Source of the DNA: a bacterium
GTDB taxonomy: Bacteria > JADJOY01
Reading direction: 5' to 3'
DNA: 64,000 bases
Assembly: GCA_046331705.1 (NCBI GenBank)
Contig: JAXLQJ010000007.1
Span: 62,001 to 126,000 of the forward strand
In this document: one piece after another, positions 30,238 to 39,951 of the stretch
How positions within the stretch are numbered: position 1 is the first letter of the stretch
Layout of the letters: each line of letters opens with the position of its first letter
Made by a program: the position numbers and the translations under genes
Notes under the pieces: generated by a model
Told to the model about the DNA's origin: nothing
Seen by the model: the letters and a program-made list of their open reading frames with translations, nothing else
Database searches by the model: none

Positions 30238-31452
30238 TCAGGCGGTGGCGGCGGCCCTGCGGCGGCCGAGCGACGCCCAGAGCGGCGACATCGCCCGCAG
30301 CCGCTCGACGCCGCGCACCAAGCACTCGATCGCCGTGTCCACATCCGCCTCGCTGGTGCCGCGCCCCACGCCGAGCCGGAGCGACGCGTGTGCAAGCTCG
30401 TCGCTGCAGCCGATCGCCTTGAGGACGTAGGACGCTTCCTTGCTGGCGGAGGTGCACGCCGAGCCGGAGGCCACGGCGATCTCCGGCATGCTCAGCATCA
30501 ACGACTCGCCCTCGATGCACTCGAAGCTCACGTTGAGGTTGTTGGGGAGGCGACCCTCGGCGGGGCCGTTGCGGTGCACCCGCTCGAGTCGGGTGGAGAT
30601 TCCGTGCCACAGTCGATCGCGCAACGCCGCCATGCGGGTCGCGTGACTGGCCCCCTCGGTGCGGGCGATCGCCGCCGCCTCGCCGAGGCCGACGATGCCC
30701 GGCACGTTGAGCGTGCCGGGACGCAACCCGTGCTCCTGCCCGCCCCCGTGAAGCAACGGCTCGAGGCGAATCGTCGGCCGGCGCGGCGCCACGTAGAGCG
30801 CTCCGACGCCCTTCGGCCCGTACATCTTGTGGCCGGAGATGGAGAGCAGATCGATGGCATCGCGCTCGACGTCCACCGACAACTGTCCGAGCGCTTGCGC
30901 CGCGTCGCAGTGAAAGAGGATCCCACGCTCGCGGCAGAGCCGACCGATCGCGCCCACGGGTTGCACCGTGCCGATCTCGTTGTTGGCGTACATGACGCTC
31001 ACCAGCACCGTGCGATCGGTGAGCGCCGCCTTCAGGTCGTCCGGATCGAGGTTCCCGTCGCGATCGACGGGCAGCACCGTCACCCGGGCGCCCTCCTTCT
31101 CGAGGGCGCGCAGCGGGTCGAGGACCGCCTTGTGCTCGGTGCGCTGGGTCACCACGTGGTCGCCGCGGCGCCGCAGCGCCCGCACCGCGCCGAGCAGCGC
31201 CAGGTTGTTGCTCTCGGTGGCGCCGCTGGTGAAGACGAGGCTCTTGGCCTTCGCGGCCCCGATCAGGTCGGCGACCTGCCGACGCGCGCGCTCCACGGCC
31301 TCCTCCGCCTGCCACCCGTAGGTGTGGGTGCGCGAGGCGGGATTGCCGTAGACCTCGAGGAAGGTGCGGGAAACCGCGGCGACCACCCGCGGATCGACGG
31401 GCGTGGTGGCGTTGTGATCGAGGTAGATCGGTGGACGCGCGGCACTCGTCAC
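30238..31452 (-). CDS. iscS: Cysteine desulfurase (IscS/NifS group I)
   Basis: YLDHNATT, FTSGATESNN, SGHKMYGPKG and SGSACTS motifs. GTG start overlaps the iscA stop (GTGA). Confidence 0.95.
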   Translation of the reverse strand: MTSAARPPIYLDHNATTPVDPRVVAAVSRTFLEVYGNPASRTHTYGWQAEEAVERARRQVADLIGAAKAKSLVFTSGATESNNLALLGAVRALRRRGDHVVTQRTEHKAVLDPLRALEKEGARVTVLPVDRDGNLDPDDLKAALTDRTVLVSVMYANNEIGTVQPVGAIGRLCRERGILFHCDAAQALGQLSVDVERDAIDLLSISGHKMYGPKGVGALYVAPRRPTIRLEPLLHGGGQEHGLRPGTLNVPGIVGLGEAAAIARTEGASHATRMAALRDRLWHGISTRLERVHRNGPAEGRLPNNLNVSFECIEGESLMLSMPEIAVASGSACTSASKEASYVLKAIGCSDELAHASLRLGVGRGTSEADVDTAIECLVRGVERLRAMSPLWASLGRRRAAATA

Positions 31453-31769
31453 GAGAACGACTTGCCGCACCCACAGGTCGACGAGGCGTTGGGGTTCTCG
31501 ATCTTGAACCCCGCGCCGTAGAGCCCGTCCACGTAATCGAGGCGCACGCCCGTCAGGTAGATGAGGCTCTTGGCGTCGATGAACACCTTCACGCCGTTGA
31601 CGTCGAAGGTCTTGTCCTTGGCACCGGGGGCCGGGTCGAAGCCCATCTGATACTGGAGCCCAGCGCAGCCTCCGCCGACCACCCGCATGCGCAGCCCGGC
31701 TTCGGGCTTCTGTTCCTTGCTCATCAGGTCGCGGATCTTGGCCGCGGCCGAATCGGTCACCGTGATCAT
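31449..31769 (-). CDS. iscA: Fe-S cluster A-type carrier (IscA/HesB)
   Basis: GGGCAG and NPNASSTCGCGKSF motifs. GAGGA RBS. Confidence 0.95.
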   Translation of the reverse strand: MITVTDSAAAKIRDLMSKEQKPEAGLRMRVVGGGCAGLQYQMGFDPAPGAKDKTFDVNGVKVFIDAKSLIYLTGVRLDYVDGLYGAGFKIENPNASSTCGCGKSFS

Positions 31770-31821
31770 CGTCGTTCCTCTCGTGTGGCGCACCGGGGCG
31801 GAAGCGCGCGCGGATCGCGCG

Positions 31822-32235
31822 TCAAGTCACCCACTGAATGTGCGCGAAATCGCCGATTTTCGCTCCCGCGAGCGAACCGCGTAGCTCGTCGCGTAGCCCG
31901 TTCCAGAACGTCCGTAACGAGCACAGGTCCTCGTGCTGGCAGAGATTGGGAAGCCGCTGGCAATCGAAGAGCTCGATGGGTCCCTCGAGCGCCTCGATCA
32001 CGTCCGCCAGCGAGATCTCGCTCGACGGCTTCGCCAGCCGGATGCCGCCGTTGGTGCCGCGCCGCGAGCTCAAGATCCCCGCGTTCGCGAGCTCGCGAAC
32101 GATGCTTCCCAGAAACCGCTCCGAGATCCCCTTCGAACGCGCGACCTGGCGTACGCTCGTGAACTCGCCATTCGAGAGCTTCGCGAGATCGATGAGGAGC
32201 AACAGCCCGTAGTCCGTCGCCTTGCTGAATTTCAT
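31822..32235 (-). CDS. Rrf2-family transcriptional regulator with three Cys
   Basis: ATDYG, SRRGTNGG..LAK and CX6CX5C. Leads the iscA-iscS operon. Confidence 0.92.
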   Translation of the reverse strand: MKFSKATDYGLLLLIDLAKLSNGEFTSVRQVARSKGISERFLGSIVRELANAGILSSRRGTNGGIRLAKPSSEISLADVIEALEGPIELFDCQRLPNLCQHEDLCSLRTFWNGLRDELRGSLAGAKIGDFAHIQWVT

Positions 32236-32350
32236 CGCTCACGCGCCTGCACCACGTCCGTGCCCATCGTCCACCCACACATCCAGCTGGAATGCTCATT
32301 TCGCCGTAAAAACTAGGCAAAACCGCAGTGTAACCACGCGGTTCGGCACG

Positions 32351-33439
32351 TCAAACGGCCGGCCCGGCGTGGCCCGCGCCGTCCCTCGCCGCCGCGCGCG
32401 GCTGGTCGTGGGTTGCGAGCCAGCGCTCGAGGCGGGCGGAGGCCGTGGTCCCGCCCGGGTCGGTGGCGAGGAAACGGACGGTCGTGGCGATGTCGCCCCC
32501 CAGTCCCACATGGAGCGCGCGGAAGCGGCCGAGATCGAGGAGGTAGAGCTTGAGGCCGAGCAGGAACGCGTTGTTCCAGGGCACGTCGGCGTAGCGACGA
32601 AAGACGCCCACGTCGGCGGCGCGCAGCCGATCCTGCCAGGCAGCCATGCGCGCATCGCGCCCCTCGATCTTCTCGAGCGGCGAGCCCGGCCCGCCGTAGT
32701 AGGCCGTGAGGTCGGCGAAGAGCTCCTTCAGGAACGCCGTGAAACGCTCCTGATCGTCGAGCCGCTGTCGGAAGGCGCGCAGCTCTGGCGAGTCGGGGCC
32801 CTTGGTCCGCGTGAGGAAGAGCGCCGCTCCCTCGCCGCCGACGAACGTCGCCAACGCCTCGTTGAAGTCGGTGTTGCCCTTCTCGAAGATCGTGGCGTGG
32901 GTGGACTCGTGGATGATCGTGTCCACCAGCGAGGCGTCCGTTCGATTCAGCATCGGCGACAACACCGGATCGTCGAACCAGCCGAGCGTCGAGTACGCGT
33001 CCACCTCGCGCAGATACGTATCGAAGCCCTGCTCCGCCAGCTCGGCGCGCGCCTCCTCGGCGCGCGCGCGATCGAAGAAGCCCTGGTACGGCAGGCGGCC
33101 CACGATCGGGAAGCTCCACAGATAGGGCTCCAGCCGGTCCTTCGGCGCCGCCGAGAGCGCGATCGAGGTGAACGACCGGTCGAGCGCGACGTACGTCTCG
33201 TAGCTATGGCCGGGTGTGAGCCCGATCTCCACCGCGAGCCGGCGCGCCTCGCCGACGATCTCGAGCTTGGAGCGCACCTTCGGGTCGAGCGTCGGGTCCG
33301 CCAGCACCTTCGCGATCGGCTGCCGGTTCCAGAGGATCTCGAGCTGGCCCCGCGACACGTGCGCCAGATAACCGACGGCGCAGCCCGGCAGCACCGAGAT
33401 CGCCAACGGGACCACCGCCCACCACCATCGATTCGTCAT
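32351..33439 (-). CDS. Predicted zinc aminopeptidase lipoprotein (DUF2265/Aminopep family)
   Basis: Lipobox LPGC, WSFPIVG, AYSTLGWFDDP, HESTH (HExxH) and FNE motifs. Confidence 0.85.
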   Translation of the reverse strand: MTNRWWWAVVPLAISVLPGCAVGYLAHVSRGQLEILWNRQPIAKVLADPTLDPKVRSKLEIVGEARRLAVEIGLTPGHSYETYVALDRSFTSIALSAAPKDRLEPYLWSFPIVGRLPYQGFFDRARAEEARAELAEQGFDTYLREVDAYSTLGWFDDPVLSPMLNRTDASLVDTIIHESTHATIFEKGNTDFNEALATFVGGEGAALFLTRTKGPDSPELRAFRQRLDDQERFTAFLKELFADLTAYYGGPGSPLEKIEGRDARMAAWQDRLRAADVGVFRRYADVPWNNAFLLGLKLYLLDLGRFRALHVGLGGDIATTVRFLATDPGGTTASARLERWLATHDQPRAAARDGAGHAGPAV

Positions 33440-33619
33440 CGCCTCGCCTCGGTCGCGCCGCCGTCGGCGATGGGTCGCCGTGGCCAGCGAGCGTAGAAGA
33501 GCGAGCCCGTCGCGTCGAGGCGCGGCGCCACGGGAGAATACGCGCGGACGGCAATCTCGCCGGCCGCGTGTTAGGGTCCGCTCGCGGCGCCTCCCCTCGC
33601 GCGATCCGCCTCCTCGAAG

Positions 33620-34690
33620 ATGATTGCTGCGGGCGCTCGGCTGCTTCGATCCGCCTATCTCGATTGGCCAGCGCTCGCGTCCGCGGCGCTCGCCACGCGC
33701 GACGGCTTCCGGCGCGTCCTCGATCTGGCGCGAGCACGGGGCTCACTCACGCGCGCCGGCTGGCGCGGCGATGCCCGCTGCGTGCGCTGCGGTCTCGCCG
33801 CACGCGTGCCGGGCGTCTCCCTCGACCTCCTCGGCCGTTGCCGCGAATGCGTCGCCGCGCCCGTTCCCGGCCTGCCGCCAGCGATCCTCGGCGCCCTACC
33901 CGAGATCTCCCTGGCGCGCATCGCTGAGACCGCCGCGCGCCGCTGCCTCGTCCCGCGCGCCGACGGCGGCGTGGATGCCGTCGTGGCGCTCTCGGGCGGC
34001 AAGGACAGCTTGCTCGCCTTGATCGGTGCCCGCGCGCTCGACCTGCGGGTGGTGGCCGTCACGCTCGACAACGGCTTCTTGCTCGCGCCCGCGCTGGCGA
34101 ACGCCCGCGCCTGGTGCGAGCGGCTCGGCGTGCCGCTGGCGATCCGCCGGGAGCCGATGCACGACGTCGTGCGCGCGGCGCTGCGCCGCAAGCGCTTGGT
34201 GCCGTGGCCGTGCATCGCTTGCTTCGACCGCTTGAGCCGGGTGCTGCTCGCCGAGGCGGCGCGGGTCGATGCACGCACGATCCTCACGGGGCTGCGCTAT
34301 CGCTGGCCGAGCGGAAGCGCGCTGGCGCCGGCCAGCGAGGCATTCGCGCCCTACGCCCCACCGCGCGAAGCCGCGCGCGTCGCCGTGCTCAACCTTCCCG
34401 CGGCCCTCGGGCTCACCGAGACCGAGGAACGTGCGCTGCTCGCCCGGCTCGGCTGGCACGACCCTGGGCTGGAGGGTCATTCGACCAACTGCCTGCTGCC
34501 CGCGCACTTCGAGCATCTGCACCGGACGCGAGTGGGACATCCGCACGAATCGGTCCGATTCGTCGCGCGCGAGGCACGCGAAGGCGTCATCACGGCCGCG
34601 CTCGCCGTCGCGCGCATGGCCGGCGCGCCGCCCCGGGACGAGCACCGCGACGAGCTGGCGCGACGCCTCGCCGAGGATGGTCGCGAGTGA
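33620..34690 (+). CDS. PP-loop ATP pyrophosphatase, N-acetyl-sugar amidotransferase (WbuX/WbpG)-like, Cys-rich
   Basis: CVRC..CREC, SGGKDS, TLDNGF, PCIAC and HSTNC motifs. Confidence 0.7.
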   Translation: MIAAGARLLRSAYLDWPALASAALATRDGFRRVLDLARARGSLTRAGWRGDARCVRCGLAARVPGVSLDLLGRCRECVAAPVPGLPPAILGALPEISLARIAETAARRCLVPRADGGVDAVVALSGGKDSLLALIGARALDLRVVAVTLDNGFLLAPALANARAWCERLGVPLAIRREPMHDVVRAALRRKRLVPWPCIACFDRLSRVLLAEAARVDARTILTGLRYRWPSGSALAPASEAFAPYAPPREAARVAVLNLPAALGLTETEERALLARLGWHDPGLEGHSTNCLLPAHFEHLHRTRVGHPHESVRFVAREAREGVITAALAVARMAGAPPRDEHRDELARRLAEDGRE

Positions 34691-35742
34691 TCCGGGTCGC
34701 GCTCCTCGACCCGACGCTGCACGCGGCGTTCGACGCGTACGTCGCGGATCATCCGCACGCGTCGGTGTTCCACACCCGCGCCTGGCTCGACAACGCGTGT
34801 GCGGCGCTCGCCGCCGAGCCGCGCACGTTCGTGGCGTGCGACGGTGACGCCGTCGTGGGAGCGCTGCCGGCGGCCCGCCTCGCGAGCCCCCTCGGCGGGG
34901 CGCGGCTCGTCTCGATCCCCTTCTGCCGATACCTGCCGGTGCTCGCGAGCGACGCCGACACCGTGTCCGCGCTCGTCGAGACGGCCCGGCGCGATGCTCG
35001 TGCCCTCGGCTGTCGCTACCTCGAGCTCCGTTCCGGTCCGCTCGCGTCGGCGCCCGCGGGTGCCGTGTCACGCCACCACTTCGACAACTGGTCGATCGAC
35101 CTCGCCGGCGGCGAGGCCGCGTGCTGGGCGCGCCTGCACCCCCGCAGCACGCGGCGCGCGATCCGCTTCGCCGAGCGCCACGGTGTCGAGGTGCGCCGCG
35201 TCTCGACTCCCGAGGGCTACCGGATCCTGACGGGCCTGGACGCGATGACCCGCCGTCGACAGGGGGTGCCGCGCCACCCCGCCGCGTTCCTGCGCGGGCT
35301 CGGCGAGCGCTTCGAGCCCTCCGACCAGGCGCTGCTCTTGATCGCGGTTCGCGACGGGGAAGCCGTCGCGGCCGAGCTGGCGCTGCGCCATCGCTCGACC
35401 TGGCACGGCATCCTCGGCGTGGACGGGCGCGCCGGCACCACGACCTGGCGAGCCAGCACCTTGTTGCTCTGGGAAGCGATTCGCCATGCGATCCGCACCG
35501 GGGCCGAGCGCTTCGATCTCGGTCCCGCGCATCGCGGCAACGCCGGGCTCACCGCGTTCAAGCGTCGTTTCGGCGCGCTGGCGACCCCCGCCGACACGCT
35601 CACGTTCGCGCTCGCCGGTCGTGCCCGCGACGCAGCCAGGATCGATGCGCCGTGGATTCGCGCCGCGCGCTGGGCGCTCCGCACGCTTCCTCCGCCGCTG
35701 CACGGCGCCGTGTCGCCGCTGCTCGTCGCCGAGGTGGCATGA
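34687..35742 (+). CDS. FemAB-like GNAT acyl/aminoacyl transferase
   Basis: ASVFHTRAW, LVSIPF, YLELR, LLWEAI..FDLG and GLTAFKRRFGA motifs. GTGA and ATGA overlaps. Confidence 0.8.
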   Translation: MIRVALLDPTLHAAFDAYVADHPHASVFHTRAWLDNACAALAAEPRTFVACDGDAVVGALPAARLASPLGGARLVSIPFCRYLPVLASDADTVSALVETARRDARALGCRYLELRSGPLASAPAGAVSRHHFDNWSIDLAGGEAACWARLHPRSTRRAIRFAERHGVEVRRVSTPEGYRILTGLDAMTRRRQGVPRHPAAFLRGLGERFEPSDQALLLIAVRDGEAVAAELALRHRSTWHGILGVDGRAGTTTWRASTLLLWEAIRHAIRTGAERFDLGPAHRGNAGLTAFKRRFGALATPADTLTFALAGRARDAARIDAPWIRAARWALRTLPPPLHGAVSPLLVAEVA

Positions 35743-36806
35743 TCCCGCCGATCGTCGTGTGGCGCGCCTTTCGCGTGTGGCGCGCGTGGCGGCGCGGACG
35801 GCCGAAGCCACTCTCGGTGACGTATTTCGTGAACGGCGCGTGCAACCTGCGTTGCCGCGGCTGCTTCTTCTTCGAGCACCCACCCGAATCGCTGGACGCC
35901 GATGCCGAGCTCGGCACGCACGAGGCGCTCGCGCTCGTGGACGATCTCGCGCGGCTCGGCGTACCGTTCCTCGAGCTGGTCGGCGGCGAGCCCTTCCTGC
36001 GCCGCGACCTGCTCGAGCTGGCGCGCCATGCCCGAAAGCGCGGGTTGTGGTGCGGCGTCACGACCAACGGGACACGCCTCGACGCGGCGGTCGCCGCCGA
36101 GGCGCGTCGGACGTTTCGCACGGTCTTCGTCTCCCTCGACGGCTTCGAGGCGGCGCACGACGTCGTGCGCGGCGTCGGCGGCTACGCCCGAGCGCTCGCG
36201 GGGCTCGATCACCTGCTCGCGGCGCCGGGACGAGCGCTGGTGGGCGTGAGCACGATCCTGACGCCCGAGAACCTCGCGAGCCTGCCGGATTTCGCGGCGT
36301 TTCTGCGGGCGCGAGGCGTCGGCCAGTGGGTCCTGTCCTCGGCGCTGGCGCCTGCGCCCGCCGTGGATCCCGCGGCAGCGGCGCCCGTGCTCGCGCGCCT
36401 CGCACGGCTGCGCCGGGAGGACCCCGAGTTCTTCCCGCAAGAAGAGCGGTTCTTCGCGGCGCTGCTCGGCCTGCAACGCGGCGAGGGTCGATACGGCTGT
36501 CACGTCGATCAGCTCCTGCACGTCTCGGTGACGCCTTCGGGGGAGACGTCGGCGTGCTGTCTCTGGCCCGTCCCCCTTGGCCCTGCCTCGCAGGGCGAGC
36601 TTGCAGCGACGCTCGCGCGGGCCGCGCGCGAGCCGAGCCGATTCGAGCCCGTGGATCGCTGTAGCGGCTGCGCGCGGCACGATTACGCGTACACGATGGC
36701 GCTCTTCCGGCGCCCGCTGCCGCGACGGGTGGGCGAAGGTCTGCGGCTCGCGCTCGGCCGCGGCCTCGCGTCGCCGTCAGCCGGCGCGGACGGCGAGCGG
36801 CGCTGA
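35739..36806 (+). CDS. Radical SAM protein with C-terminal SPASM/twitch-type Cys
   Basis: CNLRCRGC, GGEP, TTNG and VSLDG motifs. Auxiliary Cys YGC..ACC..CSGC. Confidence 0.88.
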   Translation: MIPPIVVWRAFRVWRAWRRGRPKPLSVTYFVNGACNLRCRGCFFFEHPPESLDADAELGTHEALALVDDLARLGVPFLELVGGEPFLRRDLLELARHARKRGLWCGVTTNGTRLDAAVAAEARRTFRTVFVSLDGFEAAHDVVRGVGGYARALAGLDHLLAAPGRALVGVSTILTPENLASLPDFAAFLRARGVGQWVLSSALAPAPAVDPAAAAPVLARLARLRREDPEFFPQEERFFAALLGLQRGEGRYGCHVDQLLHVSVTPSGETSACCLWPVPLGPASQGELAATLARAAREPSRFEPVDRCSGCARHDYAYTMALFRRPLPRRVGEGLRLALGRGLASPSAGADGERR

Positions 36807-38327
36807 GGCCGTCACCGCCCGGCCGCGACGGTTGCGCGCGCTCGCGCGGCCCACCAACGCCCGCGCGCGAAAGCGCAGTCCCACGCCGACGGTCATGAGG
36901 AAATCCGCGGCCGCGGCGCGATCCACGAAGAACGGGTAGCTCGCGAGGTGGGTCAGCGCGGCCAGCTTCCCCCACGGCCGGCGCATCACGCGCGCGAGCC
37001 ACGGCCGCAGCCAGCTCGGCGCGGCCACGTACGCCGGCAGCATCCGCGACAGCGTGAACGCGGTCCCGCCGTACGGTTGGCGAAGCGGCGAGCGACCGTG
37101 GTAGCTGCCGCGGCCCTCCTCGATCGCCAGCACGTCCGCGGGCGCGAGCAACCCGCGTTCGACGCAGCTGCGTAGGAGTGGCGTGCCGGGCAAGGGAAAG
37201 AACACGAAGCTCTTGACCGAGTCGGCGCCGGTCGCCGCCGCGAGCTCGACCGTGGACCACATGTCCGCCGGCGTCTCGTCCGGGAACCCGAAGATGACGT
37301 CGACGTAGAGATGGATCCCCGCGGCGCGGATCTTTCGCGCCGCCTCCAGCACCCGGGCGGTGGGCATGGGGCGGGCGCGGATGGATTCGTTGAGCGGCTC
37401 GCTGCCGACCTCGAGCCCCATCGCCAGCTCGCTGCAGCCCGCCAGCCGAAGCGCGCGGAGCATGCGATCCGACACCAGCAGCGGATACGCGTTGCCCCAG
37501 AACGGCAGGCCGACGCGCTCGCGGTAGATGGGCGCGAAGGCCTCGATCCAGCGCTCGTCGAGCGCGAACAGCTCGTCGACGAATGCGACGCTTCGCGGCC
37601 GGTGGCGCGCCTTCGCCTCCGCGAGCTCGGCGATCACGCTGGCGACCGAGCGGCGGCGCAGGAACTTGCCGTCGTCGCGCTCGCGATGGAGGTCCTGAAG
37701 CGCGGTGTTGGTGCAGTACGTACAGCGAAACGGGCAGCCGCGCAGGGTGTTGCACGCCAGCGCGCTTTCCGCGACGCCCTCGCGACGGAAGAGCTCCCGA
37801 TCCGGAAACGGCAGCGCATCGAGGTCCTGGCGCAGCGGCCGCGGCGGTCCGGCCACGATCTCCCCTCCCGCCTTCCGCGTCCAGAGCCCGGGGATGGTCT
37901 CGGTGGAGCCACCGCGTTCGAGGGCGCGCGCCAGCTCGCGGATCACGTCCTCGCCGTCGCCGACACAGACGTAGTCCGCCCAGCCCGCCTCGAGCGTGCG
38001 CCGCGGCAGCATCGTCGCGTGGACGCCGCCCGCGACCACCGGCACGCCGAGCCGCTCGCGCACCGCGCGCGCGACCTCCGCCAAGGTCGGCACCAGGTTG
38101 GTCCACACCGACACCGCCACCAGCTCCGGCTGGAACGCGGCGATCCGCGTCAGGATCTCCGCGCGCGTCGGTCCGAGGAACCCGAGCGCCCCGAGATCGG
38201 CGTACGGGTGGTGGCGGAAGCCGGGATCGAAGACGAGCCCGACCTCGTGGCCATCGGCTCGCAGCGCCGCCGCGAGGTACTCGATCCCGATCGACTCGGC
38301 GACCTGATGAAAGAAGAGGACGCGCAC
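36777..38327 (-). CDS. B12-binding domain radical SAM enzyme
   Basis: GIEYLAA, GGVHAT, GDGE, LDALPFPDR and RGCPFRCTYC motifs. 3' end overlaps the convergent gene by 30 bp. Confidence 0.92.
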   Translation of the reverse strand: MRVLFFHQVAESIGIEYLAAALRADGHEVGLVFDPGFRHHPYADLGALGFLGPTRAEILTRIAAFQPELVAVSVWTNLVPTLAEVARAVRERLGVPVVAGGVHATMLPRRTLEAGWADYVCVGDGEDVIRELARALERGGSTETIPGLWTRKAGGEIVAGPPRPLRQDLDALPFPDRELFRREGVAESALACNTLRGCPFRCTYCTNTALQDLHRERDDGKFLRRRSVASVIAELAEAKARHRPRSVAFVDELFALDERWIEAFAPIYRERVGLPFWGNAYPLLVSDRMLRALRLAGCSELAMGLEVGSEPLNESIRARPMPTARVLEAARKIRAAGIHLYVDVIFGFPDETPADMWSTVELAAATGADSVKSFVFFPLPGTPLLRSCVERGLLAPADVLAIEEGRGSYHGRSPLRQPYGGTAFTLSRMLPAYVAAPSWLRPWLARVMRRPWGKLAALTHLASYPFFVDRAAAADFLMTVGVGLRFRARALVGRASARNRRGRAVTASAPLAVRAG

Positions 38328-38349
38328 CGAGGCTCACCCGCGAGCGCGG

Positions 38350-38371
38350 CGCGGTCGTTGACCCGACCGCG
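38350..38371. terminator. 8-bp stem-loop downstream of the secreted-protein gene
   Basis: CGCGGTCG-ttgacc-CGACCGCG lies between co-directional genes. Confidence 0.35.
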
Positions 38372-38383
38372 GCGCGCCGGAGC

Positions 38384-39751
38384 TCAACCGGCCGGCTTGG
38401 TCAGCGGCGTCGCCGTCGGCTTGAGCGGCTTGTCGATCATCGTCAGCCAGGTCTTCTCGTCTCCCGGCTGCCAATGCTCGGGGTACATGTAGAAGAGCCG
38501 CATGTCGTAGTTCCCCTTCTCGAGTGGGAAGAGGTCGAACTTGAAGGCGACCTCGCCGATCGAGCCGGGAACGTTCTCGGGGTCGTCTTCAGTCGTGAGG
38601 TCGTCGGTGTAGGTGAGATCGGTGACCGGCGCGAGCGGCTTGGGCATCTCGACGAACCACAAGAACGTGCCCGGGGTGCCGGTGAGCAGATGCCAGTTCG
38701 GGCGCCTGGGGTCGAGGTTCTTCTCGTCCTCCGACGTCACCCCGTCGACGACGTGCCAGGGATCCTTCGCACCGGGGCTCGGTCGGTAGTACTTCATCCC
38801 CTTGCCCTGCTCGTTCAGATCCACGCTGAGCTTGAACCACGCTTCCCTGGCGATGCTCGGGAAGTCCACGGTCTGCTGGATCTTCGCCGGCGCCTGGTGG
38901 AAGTCGCGGTAATACGTCGCGAACACTTGCACCGTCGGCGAGACCTCGATGCCCATGAAGGAAAGCCGGTTCTTCACCATGCGCATCGCGCGCACCGGCC
39001 CATCGAAATAGGCCGCCACCTTACTGTCCCACTCCTCCTCGTCGAAGCTCAGGGACAGCAAGAGCTTGGTCTTGATGTACGTGCGCAGCTTGAGGCGATC
39101 AACGAAGTTCACGCCGGAGCCGCCGGCCGCCGTCGGAATGGTGATGTTCGAGAAGAAGATGTGGTCTTTCCCTGGCGTGTACTGCATCGTGTAGTGCTCG
39201 GCGGTGATGCGCTCCTGCGCCGGGTCGTAGCTCACGTAATCCGCCTTCGAGCGCGGCGCCTTGGCGTCGAACGCGAACAGGTAGACGAAGCCGCTGGTGC
39301 CATCGACCGGGTCGCTCACGGCGATCTCGGCACCGTCGCTTGCACCCTCGGGCCAGGCCGCGGCGTCGAGACGCGAGCCGGAATCGTCCGCCATGAACAC
39401 CAGCTCGTCTTGCTTGTCGAGGAGCCCGTTGCCGTCCCCCGGGTTCGCCTCCTTGCCACCGGGAAACACATACGCACCCGCGGCGGTCTTCTCGTCGACC
39501 TGGAAGGGAATCGGCGCGAGCCCCGCTGCCCCCAGCGCGAAAAGCCCGAGCTGTTCGACCTTCTTGCCCAGCAGCGTGGGTGTGATCTCCCCCGTGACGA
39601 CGACCGGATCGGGCACGCGATGGAGCGTCTTGGCGCCGCTCGGGGCCGCGTCCTGAGCGAGCGCCCGCGCCGCCAACCCCAGGCTCAGCACCGCTGCCAT
39701 CCACGCACCCGCGGCCACGCGGGCAGCACATCGCCGTCGATCTCGATTCAT
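38384..39751 (-). CDS. Secreted hypothetical protein (about 455 aa, acidic, beta-rich)
   Basis: GAGGAGG RBS. Signal peptide ending ARALA-Q. PDPVVV, PIPFQVDE and DELVFM segments. Pro/Thr-rich tail. Confidence 0.8.
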   Translation of the reverse strand: MNRDRRRCAARVAAGAWMAAVLSLGLAARALAQDAAPSGAKTLHRVPDPVVVTGEITPTLLGKKVEQLGLFALGAAGLAPIPFQVDEKTAAGAYVFPGGKEANPGDGNGLLDKQDELVFMADDSGSRLDAAAWPEGASDGAEIAVSDPVDGTSGFVYLFAFDAKAPRSKADYVSYDPAQERITAEHYTMQYTPGKDHIFFSNITIPTAAGGSGVNFVDRLKLRTYIKTKLLLSLSFDEEEWDSKVAAYFDGPVRAMRMVKNRLSFMGIEVSPTVQVFATYYRDFHQAPAKIQQTVDFPSIAREAWFKLSVDLNEQGKGMKYYRPSPGAKDPWHVVDGVTSEDEKNLDPRRPNWHLLTGTPGTFLWFVEMPKPLAPVTDLTYTDDLTTEDDPENVPGSIGEVAFKFDLFPLEKGNYDMRLFYMYPEHWQPGDEKTWLTMIDKPLKPTATPLTKPAG

Positions 39752-39951
39752 GTACACGAGCCTCCTCGAAGATTGGCGCGTCGTCGCGCGCAAAGCCGCG
39801 CCATCCTCTATCGATCCGCCCTGAGACGGCAAGCGTTTCGATGCTCCGCTCGCGGGCTTCGCTGGCGACGCACGCGCTGGCCGGGCCTCGGGATATGATG
39901 CGCGCGCCCGGCGCCCCCACCGTCGCGGACCCGCCGCCTGTCCAGCACCCC

